Source: Eledone cirrhosa
Taxonomy: Eukaryota
DNA length: 64,000 bases
Assembly: GCA_964016885.1 (NCBI GenBank)
Contig: OZ024742.1
Location: 294,810,001-294,874,000, forward strand
Direction of reading: 5' to 3'
A model generated the notes under the pieces. That model worked only from the letters and a program-made list of their open reading frames with translations, did no database searches and had not been told where the DNA came from. Each line of letters opens with the position of its first letter. The first letter of the stretch is position 1. A program made the position numbers and the translations under genes. Shown here one piece after another: positions 35,591 through 49,695 of this stretch.

Positions 35591-35618
35591 TTAATAATGA
35601 AAAAGGTTTATAACTTAC

Positions 35619-35801
35619 TTTTGCTTGATGGTTGAGCTCTGTCTCAATTAAAAACATACAATATGATTCATCAAGCCAGCATGTAGAGTCGGTTGTTGAC
35701 TGATTATGTAAAGTTCTGCTAACCAGTGAAGTACTAACACAATCAACTCTAGTGTTTCTACCACTGTCATTAATAGCATCCACATTGTCACTGTTTTTTA
35801 C
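35619..35801 (-). CDS. coding exon 12
   Basis: TACAG|VKNSDNVDAINDSG..TELNHQAK|GTAAG; 183 nt, phase 0-0. Confidence 0.6.
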
Positions 35802-36230
35802 CTGTATCAAATGAAATATAAATAAAAGTCACTCACTGAACAATTTGAGAAAGAGTTTGATGTAGATATGGCCTTATGTGATGGTGAGCCCTGTAAATGG
35901 ACAGATTCTTTTGGTGTATCTCCCTCATCAATCTTTGGATTCACTATTTTGTCTGTTGGGATCACAAAACATTTGTATATATACAATTTCTATTAATAAA
36001 GAATACAATAAGCATCTTAATGCTCCATGACAACTTTCATACTTATTATAGAGGCTTATTTTTGAGGCAATATTTGATGTCCAGATGCCCTTCCAGGCAC
36101 CAACCCTTTTTGTCACCACTTACATAAGGATACAGTATATCTATTCTAAACAGAATATTCACATTGTCCATGTAGCTAAGAATATATTACAATAAATGAA
36201 TGACGTGAATCTATCACATTAATTGAGAAG

Positions 36231-36385
36231 ACTGTAACATCTAGAGAACACATTGTTGTTAAGCCCTTTGTCAGTCCTGTAACATCTAGCTAAACTAGAG
36301 AACACATTGTTGTTAAGCCCTTTGTCAGTCCTGTAACATCTAGCTAAACTAGAGAACACATTGTTGTTAAGCCCTTTGTCAGTCC
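36231..36385. repeat. three-unit tandem repeat (45/54/54 bp)
   Basis: CTGTAACATCTAG(CTAAACTAG)AGAACACATTGTTGTTAAGCCCTTTGTCAGTC three times. Confidence 0.9.
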
Positions 36386-36716
36386 TTATAGATCAAAATC
36401 ATTCCTATATGTCATTTATTCAGACACTAGATGAGACTCTATGGTGGATTGGCTCTTCTAGAGCATCTCTCTTGCCATTCTTCTTGGTAATGCATTCACT
36501 AATTTGTCTGCTGAGAATAAAGAGCATTTGCATAATTGCTGTGTTTTCCACATACCAAAGAACTTGGAATATTCTATGAGAGGAAATGTATTTGTGCTAT
36601 ATAATATTTTCTGTCTTCAAAAATATTTATCTAGTCTCACAAACAACATATATTATAATTCCATTCACATATATTCACCTACAAGGCATTGGTCAATCTA
36701 TAATAGAAGACATTGC

Positions 36717-36944
36717 TTAACCCTTTAACATTTACATTACTCTATATTTACTATTATATTTTCGTGGTAAAGGCTTTACCTCACATAATATCTCACATAA
36801 TATCAAATCTATGAGGTTTTGATATTATTTATTTTAAGAACAATAACTTAACATCAGTATGAGTGGCTAGTTACATCCAGTTTGAACAGAAAGAGGTGAG
36901 AGAATTCTGGCCAGATATGGCCAGTTTAAATGCTAAAGGATTAA
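36717..36944. mobile_element. TTAA piggyBac-like MITE
   Basis: TTAACCCTTTAACATTT...AAATGCTAAAGGATTAA. Confidence 0.8.
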
Positions 36945-39084
36945 GGTGATAGGCAATAGGATAGAACCATATAGTTGTGAAGTCAACAGTTTAACCACAC
37001 AACCATGTCAGCACATCAGATTAATTTAACACAAGAATTAGTGAACATCATTTATAATCTAGTTAAATTATGACATTTTAAAGGAATTTTGTTCCTTCTG
37101 ATTATAAATAGCTAATATACTTAAGATTTTAGTAGAGAGGATTCTTTGGTTTTGTCAAGGACTTTACAATCTCTTTGGTGCCAGTGTCATAACAAAACAC
37201 AGTCAAACACTCTGTAAGCTATCAAACAGAGACAATAGAGTGTCAAGAGGACCTTTTGTTCTTTCCGGGGCCCATAACAACCCCTCTAGTGCTGGTGCCA
37301 TGGTAAAATACATCTAGTACACCTTGTAAAGAGATTGACATTAAGAAGGGTATTCAGCTATAGAAACCATACCAAAATATGAAATGTATGAGTAAAATAT
37401 GGCTATCTAACCTTCTTTTTTCAGACTGTGATCATGATGAATTGTCCAGCCCATGCCAGCATGGAAAATGGACATAAAATAATGTTGAGGAGGATGTTAT
37501 ATAACTTTATTACACACTTTAGTTAGACTTTAGATAGTTAAAGTATGTTATAAAGTTATGATGTTTAACTCTTAACATCTTGTACCACATGTAACCAAAT
37601 TGGCAAAATATTCTTTAAAAGTAAAAAACAGGACTATGACTACATAATATTAAATGTTAAAGTATTTACTCTAATACTGCAAATGTTCACACAGATCTGT
37701 TCAATAGTAAAGATACTATAAACATTTGAATTAAAACAAAAATGATTTTAGACATTTTTAATTAATCAGTTGTTAGGGTGCTGATCTTACAGTAGTGTGT
37801 TTCTTGGACTGGGCAGTGAAATGTGACCTTGAGCAAGACACTTTATTTCATATTGCTCCAATCCACTCAGAAAAATGAGTTGCACCAATACTAATGCCAA
37901 GCTGTATTCATCTTTGCCTTTACCCTTGGACAACATCAATGTCATGAAGAAGGGAAACAAACAGGTTTGAGTCTCAGAGAGGCAGCCTGTCATGGGTTCA
38001 TAACCCGTGGGCAGTCATGACTGAAGGTGACCTTCTCTATTACAGGATATCAACCCTTTTTTAATCATATTTCTAATGAAAGCCACTGTCTATGATTTTC
38101 AAATAATTTGGAATATAATCAAGAATTTAAAGGGATTTAGTAATATAACTAACTTCCTCATTTTTAAACTGATGTTTGGAACATAACTTAACAAAGGTTC
38201 TTACATAAAATTATGATTGAAGGTTTTTTTAAAAATAAACTGATTTGTATCATAGAACGAGGAGTAATTTCAGGAGGATTGGTACCAAAAGGATTAAAAG
38301 TTAATGGTGAGAATTATTCTGAATGGGTGATGAGTGTATGGGAGAGAGGTAATGACAAAAATTTGGAGAGCGTAAAATTGGAACCTTACATGTAAATGTA
38401 TCCAGACTGCCTGTTATAGCATGAGATATTCTCCAGAAAGTTCTGTTTCAGTATTTCTCTAGATGGAAGATTCCTTCAGTTGTAAATATACCCCAGCCAG
38501 ATGTGTTGCTGTGTGTGAGGAGGATCTCATCTAAGATTTAACTTATTCTTAATCTTTATTTAGCCACCTAAATCTCTTCATTAATCTCAACATCATCATT
38601 AGCACCATCACCGTCATCATCATCGTTATCGCTGCACCCCCCACCCCCACCCCCCACTATGACCCCCACCCCACCACTGCCTCCACCATTACAACTCCCA
38701 CTGCTGCTGCTGCCACTACCACCACCTACCAATACCTTAACCACAAAAACAATAACCATCATTTCTTTCATCATCACTACCTCCATCTCCACCATTGGTT
38801 ATTCTTCTCTCACATCATTCAGACCATCCAGAGAACCAAATCTTTTTACCTGTGCTAATTAACTTATCTATTTTAATCCTTTAATGCCTGACATTTACTT
38901 TGCTGGTCTTACTGTATACTCTACCCCTAATCCTTCCACTGTACCCTGCTAAATATTTCTTCTTAAAACTGTCCCGATGAGCTTCTACATAGTTACTTGA
39001 CCTGCTAGAGATGGCCACCTAATATCCCTCAAGCCACACACTACTGATTTAACCCTTTTCATATCAAGCAACTTAAGACTGCCT

Positions 39085-39700
39085 CTAGTTTTTTCATCAC
39101 CTCTGCCTAGGTCTTCCTTTGCCTATGACATCGTTTTTCTCTCAGTTCATCTAAGCTTAGTCATTCTCTTACATTAACTTTGCACATCCATCGAAGCATA
39201 CTTGCTTCATTTCTCTCCAGCCTGCACATATTCTCTGCAGTCACTGCTCACATTTCACTACCATGCAGCATAGCACTTCACACACAGGCAACATACAGCA
39301 AGTCATTCATTCAGAGGGAGAAACCTTTTGTTGTCAACTGAGGTAGTAGTTCCCTAAACTTCTTCCATCCTATCCTTATTCTAACTACTCTCAGAGAACC
39401 CTCCTCCACTGCTAATTAGATCAACTAGGTAGCAGAAGCTATGGATCCTTCCAGGAAAAGATTTATATTATTGTCATTGTTGCTTTCAATTAACCCTGAG
39501 CATCTACATACAAAGTATTCCTTTCCAGTTAGTCTACTTGTTATCCCATTACATTTCTTGTGTATCAAGATTTACACTGTGTACATCATATAGAGTTTAT
39601 GCCTGCTCCTTTTCTACATATTGAGCAGTGCCATTTCCCTGTAGGAATCAGGGTCCTATCTTCTTTCCTACATACTATCACTTTAGTTTTGGCTAAGTTT
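39085..39700 (-). mobile_element. old RTE LINE fragment
   Basis: Degenerate match to the RTE copies above (Cys-rich insert, FxYL, LHG-like regions). Confidence 0.7.
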
Positions 39701-39833
39701 ACTCATATATGTATGTGTATTTGTTGATGTAAGTGTATGTACATTTCTGCTTGTGTATCTGTTAATGTGTGTGTGTGTCTGTGTCTCTGCATGTATGCTT
39801 GTATATGTGTGTGTTTATATGAACATTTCTTAC

Positions 39834-39935
39834 CATATCAAGCATCTTGTAGAACTGTGTTTGTAGCGTGATATAACGTTCAACAAACCACTTCACTACA
39901 TCTCGCAGCTGTTGTATACTGGCAGACAACTGACC
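39834..39935 (-). CDS. coding exon 11
   Basis: TTTACAG|[34 protein letters not shown]|GTAAG; 102 nt, phase 0-0. Confidence 0.75.
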
Positions 39936-39941
39936 CTGTAA

Positions 39942-40030
<89 letters not shown>

Positions 40031-40057
40031 TATATATACATACATTTATATACATAC

Positions 40058-40136
<79 letters not shown>

Positions 40137-40237
40137 TAAAAAAATAATGAATAAAACAACTTCTTTCCATGATATCCGGATTACATTGAGTTCTTCATAC
40201 AGATTGGACACTACCGTAAACTCTTGGTAGATTTATC

Positions 40238-40297
<60 letters not shown>

Positions 40298-42148
40298 GAG
40301 AGAGAGAGTATAATAATAATCAAAATATTGCCCTCTGGGCGGTTTTCTGCTAATGTGTGTATGTGTGTATGTATGTGTATGTATATGTACATGTGTTTCA
40401 TGATGCATCTACCAATGTATACAAATGTATGAAATGGGAAAGCTACATTTTTGATATACACTTTTTTGATAAAAACTTTCACTGACATATTTTGTACTGT
40501 GGCTTATTTAATTTATTCCCTACAAAACGGTGATACCAACTTAATACATTTACTCACTTGATACTAAGACAAGAATAAGCTATAGCTTGTATACTTTTCT
40601 GCATATTGAAAACTGTGCTGGAAATGTTCATTTTTATATAACAGACATGGGTAACCTTTTTCAAGCAGTGGACTGCATAGGATGTGGCTCATCATAAGGC
40701 AGGCTGCACTACTAAAAAATTCAAGGCAATTTTGAAATTAGGTATGCCATTCAGAAAGCCAAATGTGCCACATTTTCTATCCCAGTCTGTTATTCCAGTT
40801 TTCAAAAATGGAAAAAGAATGTTCCTTGCATTGAATTATTGAGCAATCTCACTAACCTCTCATGTGATCAAATTATTTGAGAGGGAGATGAGATCATCAA
40901 TAACTCACTTCTTTGAAAGCAACATCTGAATTCCAGTCAGCATGGTTTTTGCAATAGCTGGGACAGCTTAACACAGCTTCTGCATCATTATGATAACATT
41001 GTAAAAGCTTTGGGAGAGGACTCTAATATTGATGGTATATACCTTGATCACAGCAGCCAATACTGAAGTCTGTGGGAAGCTCCTCCAGTGGGGGGAGAGA
41101 AAAAAAGGACAAAAGAAGTCAAATAAAATAAAATAAAAGGCAGTAGCAGTCGTAAAAAATGGGAGTTTCTTTCTCTCCCCTGCTTTTATCTTCTCCCTTC
41201 TACTTACTGCTACTGCTGACACTTCTATTTGCTGCCACTTCCACCGCTCATTATTTAATTTTTTTGTCGTTTCTATTGGTGGCCTGGTGTTGATATGACA
41301 TTCTTTGCTTTGCTCTCTGATCGGTCTGTATATCTATCTATTCTGTTTTGTTTGTTTTACAGTCCTTCCTAACAGTGGCTTGGTATCAATAGGACACACC
41401 TTACTTTTCTCTGATCTGTCTGCCTATCTATCTGTTCTGTTTGTTTTATCACACACACATCATACCAGCAGAAAGATTTATTTTTTCTGTCACATGATCT
41501 AGCGTTTAAAAATGGTACTCTCAATTAAATTATGCAAAACCATTTTGCTGGTCTGAGAGCTGATGAGTGTGAAGATGTGTGTGAACTTGTCTTGTACATT
41601 GCCTTTCTTTATTTCCTGCTTCCAGTCCCTTCTGTGTCCCGACTCACTTCTCCTTGTCCCCCTCCTCAATCTTTTCTCTATTTCCTCTGCCTGTCACCCA
41701 CCTCATGGATTGCCTCTCTACCTACCATTGGCTGTTGGTCCCTGTCCTCTGGGGCATTTTTACCCATCACTATCATCAACAGCATTTGGCTGTTTTAACA
41801 GATGTTCTAGTGTTGAGTTTTCTCATTTTTCTATGAATTCAAATACATATATAATATATATATATACATAACATTTTTCACCAAATGTAGAAAATAATTG
41901 TTTCTACTTTTGGCACAAGGCCAGCAATTACCCAGTGCATTACTGGTACTTTATTTTATCGAATGTAGAAAATAATAATAGATAGGGATTATCTTATTAT
42001 TTTTTAAGAATATATGGAAATTAAATCCATATACAAGGAAATAAATACCAGACTTGAAAAAAAAGTAGTACCGGGATTAATATAATGAACTAAATATTGT
42101 GGTGTTTCTGACTGAAACCAGTAAAAGAATAAAAGTATAAAAGAATAC

Positions 42149-42257
42149 CAATGCAGTTTTTATTGGTTCTGGTAAAATATCCAGCATTCTTGGTTTGACT
42201 GTTAGAAAGTTTTTGTTCAAAATAGTATCTTTGGTGCCATTGTACTTCTCTGGGGTT
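42149..42257 (-). CDS. coding exon 10
   Basis: TTGTAG|(R)TPEKYNGTKDTILNKNFLTVKPRMLDILPEPIKTAL|GTATTC; 109 nt, phase 2-0, fits the preceding exon. Confidence 0.65.
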
Positions 42258-42515
42258 CTACAATGTATAACAGGTAGTGGTATGGTGCTAATGGTGGTGC
42301 TGGCAGTGGTGGTCACAGTGAAGATAATGGTGAAGGTGCTGGTGATGATAATAGTGGTGGTGGTGGTGGTGGTGGAAGCAGCAGTGATGACAGTGATGCT
42401 AATGGTGATAGTGATGACAGCAGTGGTGTTATTGATGATGATGATGATGATGATAATGATGATGATAATGATGATGGGGGTGATGGGGGTGATGGTGATC
42501 ATAGCAATAATCACA

Positions 42516-42556
<41 letters not shown>

Positions 42557-42605
42557 AATGATGATGATGATGACGGGGGTGATGGTGATCATAGCAATGA
42601 TCACA

Positions 42606-42643
<38 letters not shown>

Positions 42644-42728
42644 GAGGGTGATTGGGGTAACTGTGATCATAGCAATGATCACAGTGATGATGATGATGAT
42701 TATAGTGATGATAATGTCGATATCTTAC

Positions 42729-43435
42729 CTCTCAACTTCAGACCATTTACAATTATTCAAGATTATAGGATTTAGTAGAGATTCTTCCTTCAAATGTTTG
42801 ACCAGCATTGACTGCCAGCAACTACTACCACAACCACTGAAACAGCAACCACTACTATGCCTACCACTATTACTACTACCCCTACAGATGTCTCTATCAC
42901 TACCACAACCACTACGACTGCCACCACCACTACAACTGCCATCACCACTACCCTTACTACTACCACTACTGCCCCTACAGATGTCTCTACCACTACCACA
43001 ACCACTACAACAGCCACCACCACTACCCTTACCACTACCACTACTATAGCTACAGATGTCTCTGCCACTACCACAACCACTACAACTGCCACCACCACTA
43101 CAGCAATCACTACAACAACCATTACCACTACAAGTATCTCTAATGCTCCCACAACCACAACCACTACCATTACAAGTTTCTCTCCCACTACCACACCTAC
43201 CTCTACAACCACCCCTACCATTTTCTCTGCCTCTACTACTACTGCTACTATCACTACTACTACTGGTACTACTGGTACTATCACTACTACTACTATTGCT
43301 TCTATTGTTTAATCCTTCACTTTGATGTCTAGTCTGTTGTTGGTTCATATTCTCCCAAAGATTCTTCAAATCTTGAAGTTCCATTTCTTGCTGGTGAATA
43401 CATTCTAACAGAGCTATTAACCTTGTCTTCAGATC
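42729..43435 (-). CDS. coding exon 9 with Gly/Ser/Cys repeat tract
   Basis: TTGCAG|DLKTRLIALLECIHQQEMELQDL..(GCGSGRDIC)n..NNCKWSEVE(R)|GTAAG; 707 nt, phase 0-2. Confidence 0.75.
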
Positions 43436-43840
43436 CTGCAAGATACAGACACACACATACACACATCATCATCATCATCTTCATCATTTAACATCTGTTT
43501 TACCTGCTAGCAAGAGTTGGACAGGTTGTCACTGACTAAGATAGCACTTAAGTGGAACCTGAAACCTCCTGAAACCTTGGGGTTGTGAAGTGAACACCTT
43601 CATCCCCTTAATCTCATTACTGTATTTCTAATGAAATACTCTCTATTTTAATTAATTAATGAAGAATTTTGAGGGATTTACTAAACTTATTAATTATTTC
43701 CTTACTAAGATAGTAACTTAATGTACAGTTCTTATATAAAATTCTGTTGGAAAATTTTAATTTAAACTGGAAACCTTTAAAATGGGTGGTTTTATTTCAT
43801 AGAACCAGTGCTGGTTTTGGCCAGGTTGGTAACTAAAAGG

Positions 43841-44047
43841 TTAACCCTTTAGCCTTTACATTACTCTATATATACTTTTATATTTTCATGATTATCTCAC
43901 ATAATATCGAATCTATGAGATTTTGATATTATTTATTTTGAAAACAATACCTTAACATTAGTATGAGTGACTGGTTACAACCAGTTTGAACAGAAAGAGG
44001 TGAGAGAATTCTGGCCGATATGACCAGTTTAAATGCTAAAGGGTTAA
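43841..44047. mobile_element. TTAA piggyBac-like MITE; a second TTAA MITE family abuts it at about 43605-43844, with another copy at 56690-56905
   Basis: TTAACCCTTTTAGCC...AAATGCTAAAGGGTTAA. Confidence 0.8.
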
Positions 44048-44123
44048 ACACACTGTCACTCTTACACTTATATTTATATACATAATGAAATTTTATAAAA
44101 CCTTGTGGCAAAAACTTTAATAC

Positions 44124-44315
44124 TTTTGTAAGATTTTCTTTTATATCTTTTTTTAAATTTTCAAGATCCATTCGACAGTGTTTCTTTGGATTTGATTTGG
44201 AAGCTTCTTCAACTTTTTCTTTTTCATATTTCTGGTTATGTTTGATAAAGTCTTTTGATTTGGTATTCTCATCTTCCAGAGAAGAAACCAAAATTTCTGG
44301 AACTTCAAATAATTT
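44124..44315 (-). CDS. coding exon 8
   Basis: TTGCAG|KLFEVPEIL..DLENLKKDIKENLTK|GTATTA; 192 nt, phase 0-0. Confidence 0.75.
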
Positions 44316-45460
44316 CTGCAACATATACATATATAGACAGATTAACATTAGCACTAACACAGCATGATTCAAAATAAAGGCATATATGAACCCATATATA
44401 ATATGTTTATGTATAAATGTGCCCAATATGTTCTGTAAAATGGTAGTGGTGGTGTCACAAAAAGATGTATTAACTCTTAATGAAACTGCATGTACCACAT
44501 GAAACTGCATTGGCAAGACATTCTTAAAACCACTATGACTGCATCACACTAGTCTTTACTTTAGTTTACTGCAAATTTCCACAGATCTGTTCACTAGTAA
44601 AGACACTATAAACATTTGAATAAACAAACCCGCTTTTAGACATTTTTTGCTAAATCATCACGGAATGTTTAGAATTAACACAGTGGAATCCCGAAGAAAG
44701 GTGTATATAGAATGTTTATGTATAATAAACATACATTTATGAACAGAGTAGTGGGTAAAATTGTCGTTAGGATAATGGGTAAGATGGTGGGTAGGAAGGG
44801 GGTAGAATGGTGTGTAGGATTATGGGTATGATTATAGGAAAGATGGTGGGTAAAAGATAGTAGGTGTGTTTGTGCGTAGAAATGTGGGTAGGTAGATAAA
44901 ATAGTAGGTATGGCTGTGGGTATGATGGTGGATAGGATAGTGGATAGGATGGTGGGTAGGAGTGTGGATTAGATGGTTGTGAGTAAGTAGGTGGGTAAAA
45001 CGATGGGTAGGATGGGGTGTAGCAAGGTGGGTAGGAAGGTGGGAAGGTAGTTTGATAGGTAGATGGATAACATGGTAGGTATGATTGTGGGTAGGAAGGT
45101 AGATAGAGGGGTGGGTAAGTAGGTGGGTGCAAAGGTGTGTGGTCTAGTGGTAAGGGTCAGTTCCTGGGCTGGGTTGTGTGTTGTGGTCTTGAGCAAAACA
45201 CTTAATTTCACGTTGCTCCACTATACTCAGCTGAAAATGAGTACCAGCAATATCTGGGAGGGTTAACCCTGTGATGGACTGGCATCCTGTCCAGGGGGGA
45301 GTCTTATACTTTCAGTCACTTCATGCCATGAAACCAGGATAAGCACCAACCTGACAAGCCTTCTGGTTTGAGACACACTTTAGACTAGACTAGACTAAAT
45401 AGGTAAGTAAAATGTTAAGCTGGTATCAAAAGGGTTAAATATATAGTAGATAGTAAATAC

Positions 45461-45562
45461 CTCTCCATCAGACTTAAGTTTCCATTTCTGCTGCAAGAAT
45501 TGATATTCATATTTCAGATTATTTAGCTGAGATTCCAGCTGGGAAATTTGGCATTCTTTGGC
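45461..45562 (-). CDS. coding exon 7
   Basis: TAACAG|AKECQISQLESQLNNLKYEYQFLQQKWKLKSDGE|GTATTT; 102 nt. Confidence 0.8.
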
Positions 45563-45808
45563 CTGTTAATTCCAAATAATACCATTCCATAAGAATAAAA
45601 ATATATATATAATGTACAGTGTTCTTAATGCACCTTTTTATGTTACATCATATTGGTGAGGACAAGCCTGTATCTCTCTTCTAGGTTAATAACTAAAGAA
45701 CTCAATAGAACTAAAGGCAATAATCATCATCATCGTCATCATCATCAATCAGTCTGTCTCTCTGTCTACCTACCTACTTTCTTACTTATCTATCTATCTA
45801 TCTATCTA

Positions 45809-48800
45809 TGTGAGTCCAGGATCCACAGCGAGCGACAACTGGCCCCCATCTTCGACGACTTTGAGATCTACACATCTCTCTGTCAGCCGGGAGGTGGGGG
45901 CAGGGTTGCCGTTTTGCTGCGGAAACACCTGGACCTCGTAACACAGATGGTACATCTGGACCTGGAGGGTCGACTGGTGGTCCTAGACGTTGACGGTAGT
46001 GAAGGTGGAGCCTTCAGGCTGGTGGCCGCATATGCCCCATCCGGCACCCCGCGGCCAGACTTCTTCAAACGTCTAGAGACTTTTCTGGGAACGTCCCGCT
46101 CCTTGCTTTTAGTGGGGGACTGGAATGGAATTCTAGATGCACGTTGGGACTATGTGGGAGCATGTCCCGATAAAGGGGTGGGGGTGGGGGGATGTAACAG
46201 CCTCAAACAGTTAATCAGCCGATTTGACCTGGCCGATAGATATCGACTAGATTTTCCGACTGTACCACTGTGGACGTGGACTAATCGCAGTGGAACATCT
46301 AGATCGTACCTAGATAGGGTTCTAGTTAGAAAGAAGGATACTACATGTTAAGCTGTCCACAAATGTTCATGGTTGCCTATTCAGATCACAAATTAGTGAC
46401 CTGCTTAATCAACCTTGACAAAACCCATAGACAGGGACCCGGCTACTGGAAGCTGAACTTGTTGTTACCGACATGCAAAGCCTACAGTAGACGGATTAGC
46501 ACCTTAGTTAAGCAGCACTTGACGGGGGCCATTGTCAACAACAGATGGTGGTACTCTCTCAAGAGGGCTGTTAGATTAGACTCGATAGGTTTTAGTAAAG
46601 AATTAATGTTAGATAGAAATAAGACCGAAAAGGAACTGGTAGATTAAGTAGAAGAGGCACTTAGGAGTGGTAACGTAGCCAGCATGCTAGCGACGAGAAT
46701 TGCCTTGGACCAGTTCTTCGACGCAAAGCATAAAGGCTGTGTTGTCAGAAGCAAAATACGTACTCTGGGAAACGAGGGAGCCAAAGCTGTTAGTTGGGCC
46801 CGAGTGACGGAGGCGAAAAGTGGCAACAAGTCCACGATTTGGCCTTTGAAGGACCAACACGGATGCGTGATACGTGAGCTGAAGCAGATGTGCGCGGCCT
46901 TTCAGCGGCACTTTGCTCAACTGTTTGGGCAGGGTGGCACGCCGGGAGGGCTATGGATTTTGGTCCAAACCTCGACGGCCTACTGCGACTCTTGGACAGC
47001 AAGGCGAAGTTCTGTGAAAGGCCGATTTCAGCCGCTGAGATAGGGGACGTGCTGAGCCAATGCGGCAAATGCAAATCTCCAGGTCTCGACAGTCTACCCT
47101 ACAAATTTTACGTAGCAATGCCGGACTTGTTCTCCGATCTCCTGGAAGCAGTCTACTGTAACTGGCAGCAGAACGGGAGAATTCCCAGTTCTGTGACTAA
47201 GGGCGTAGTCATGTTAGTCAGGAAGGACGAGAGTAAGGGGGATACATAGGCAACTTCCGGTCCATAACTCTGCTAAACACAGAGTTACAGATTTTGGCCA
47301 ATGTGTTGGCAAAGAGGCTGGCGCTTGTCATCGAAAGCCTGGTGGGAGAAGCGCAGACATGCGCAATCCCAACCAGGTCCATGCACGACAAGCTCCACCT
47401 CATGCGATACATCATAGAGAGGGTAGGTTGTAAACCCGGCTTCGGTGGGGCCCTGATCAACTTGGATCAGTCTAAGGCTTTCTATAGGGTTGACCATCGT
47501 TACCTGGATGCGGTGCTTGAGGCGGCAGGCTTCGGACCTGTATTCAGGGGCTGGATTGCTGCAATGCACAGCAGCAACATCTGCTCAAGGGTCAAGGTGA
47601 ACGGCTACCTCTCGGAGCCGTTCCATATCACGCAATCCATCCGACAGGGATGCCCTCTCTCCTCCCTTCTGTACGTACTGACTCTGGAGCCACTACTGCG
47701 GAAGTTGGAGCTATTGCAGGGCATCCCTTTGGAACTAGGACTGCAAAAAACGGCGTTGCCCTACGCCGATGACATGACAGTAATGGTGTCGAGCACCTCG
47801 CAAATCGGGGAGGTCAGCACCTTATTGAAGGAATATGAAAGGTTCACAGGAGCGAAGCTGAACTGGGACAAATCCGTCGGTTTGCAACTCGGAACGTGGA
47901 GAGGCAAACCGATGCCTTCCGATGGCATCGTCGGACGCTGGACGGAAGGACCGGTAAAGCTTCTCAGGGCCTGGTTTGGTCTGGACCTCCGGGTGGAGAA
48001 GAACTGGAACGAGGTGACAGCCAATGTGTTTGTGTTCACCCAGAAGTGGGCCGAGTGCAAACTATCCTTGAAAGGTCGAGCGGAGGTGGCGAACACTTTT
48101 ATAGCGTCCATCATCTACTACCGCTTGACCGTCGTGCCTTGTCCAGCCAAAACACTCTCCAAAATGGAGCGCGCACTATTCCAATTACTTTGGAAGAAGC
48201 GGGCTCCTTTGGTGAGAAGATCCATCTGCTGCCAACATCCTTCAAACGGACGATGCGCAAACACGCGCTCAGGCTGCGCCACTTCTACGTATTCCTCACC
48301 AGACAACCGGTGTGGGCCCCGTTCATGAGGCGAGCATTCCCACGACTCATCTCGCTGACCAAGCTGCAGTCCTGGGTCAAGCAAAGACCGAGGAAAATGG
48401 GCCACTGGCACATCGAATGTGCTCAGGTGCTCACAGCCCTCTGGCAGGTGGACCCGGCGATCAGTGGAGACTCCACTTTGTCATTCTATAGAGGGTTGGT
48501 CCACAGCAAGTGCGACGACGCGCTCGGAGAAACTCTAGGCGTAGAGGAAGATGAACTAACTAGTCTGTTCGGTAGAATCTTCCGCCTGGGACCGATGGAC
48601 AACTTCCAAAAGTCCCTGGCCTGGCAGTGCTACCGAGGAGCTCTACAGTTCAAGACAAGCTCTACAGACACGGGCGCCCGGGCAGGGACCCTTCGAAAAA
48701 GATTTGTCCGAGATGCGTGCGCGACGAGGAAACCGTTGCGCATGCATTTTTAAACTGCCCGGGCGTCACTGACCTGTGGGGCTATGTAGAACGACTATTG

Positions 48801-49278
48801 TCGCGGGCGATTTTCCTATGTGTTATGGCTATGGTGAAAGAGGTTATATGGTGGACGAGGTTAAAAGGGCTGAGATCAGACACCTTTCTCTTCGGCAAGC
48901 AACTGATTCGTTTTTTCAAATATCATTTTGGAAGAAGAATCAGGATGGAAAGAGAGGTGCTGAACCCCAGCAAATTTTATAAAAGGTGGGTGAATGTGGC
49001 AAAGATGGCCCGAGTGGTTGGGCCTTCTCTCTATATAAGCCTGTAGGTTGAGGAAAAAGAGAAAGAGAGGAGTGGAGTACTCACTCTTGGTGCTCCTGGA
49101 GATGAGGGTTGTACATTTTTTCGGGGTATGTACAACCCCTGTGTAATGCCTCCCCCCTATTGAGGATTTCAATTGTTATTTGTTATTTTATTAATAGTTT
49201 TATTTTCATATACCTGTATGTAAACTCCCCAATTGTATTTGTCCCCTTCTTTTGTACCCTTGTGGCTAATAAAGAAAT
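45809..49278 (+). mobile_element. Tx1/L1-clade LINE ORF2 (APE endonuclease, RT, zinc knuckle), near complete but frameshifted; intronic and antisense to the host gene
   Basis: GRVAVL, AYAP, GDWN, SYLDRV, SDH (APE); SPGLDSLP, DQSKAF, RQGCPLS, YADD (RT); CPRC..ET..HAFLNC; flanked by TTATCTATCTA. Confidence 0.95.
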
Positions 49279-49548
49279 TTATCTATCTAATACCTGCCTA
49301 CTTCCTTATTTATATATCTATCTACATATCTACCTTCCTATCCATCTATCCAACCGTCCATCTATCTTCTTTTTACAACAATGATGATGATCATCATGAT
49401 CATGAGGAGGATGACAATGATGATGAAGCTGGTGATGATGATCTTTAGTATGTATGTATTCAACTAAACTATAACAGTGATATTGGCAATAACATATCCA
49501 TAGCTATAACGTAATACTGATGTTGAAAGTGTTGCTATGACAACTTAC

Positions 49549-49695
49549 AGCATTCTGAGAATTCTGTGAACATATTACATCTGCAATCCTTCGTTCATAT
49601 TTCTGTATAAGGCACTCAGATTCCATTCTGTGGCCATAGTTGAGTTCTTCTAAACTCTTCAAATGACATTTCTTTAGCTGCTCCATTTCTTCCTT
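49549..49695 (-). CDS. coding exon 6
   Basis: TTTCAG|KEEMEQLKKCHLKSLEEL..SQNSQNA|GTAAG; 147 nt. Confidence 0.82.

Noticed and set aside
42195-43325. plus-strand poly-Met/Val, Thr-rich mucin-like and Pro/Leu-rich ORFs
   Set aside because: Alternative frames of (GAT)n/(ACT)n repeats; only the minus-strand frame has matching splice sites and phases.
44767-45132. YPPS-repeat extensin-like ORF
   Set aside because: Degenerate (GGTA)n simple repeat in an intron with no splice support.
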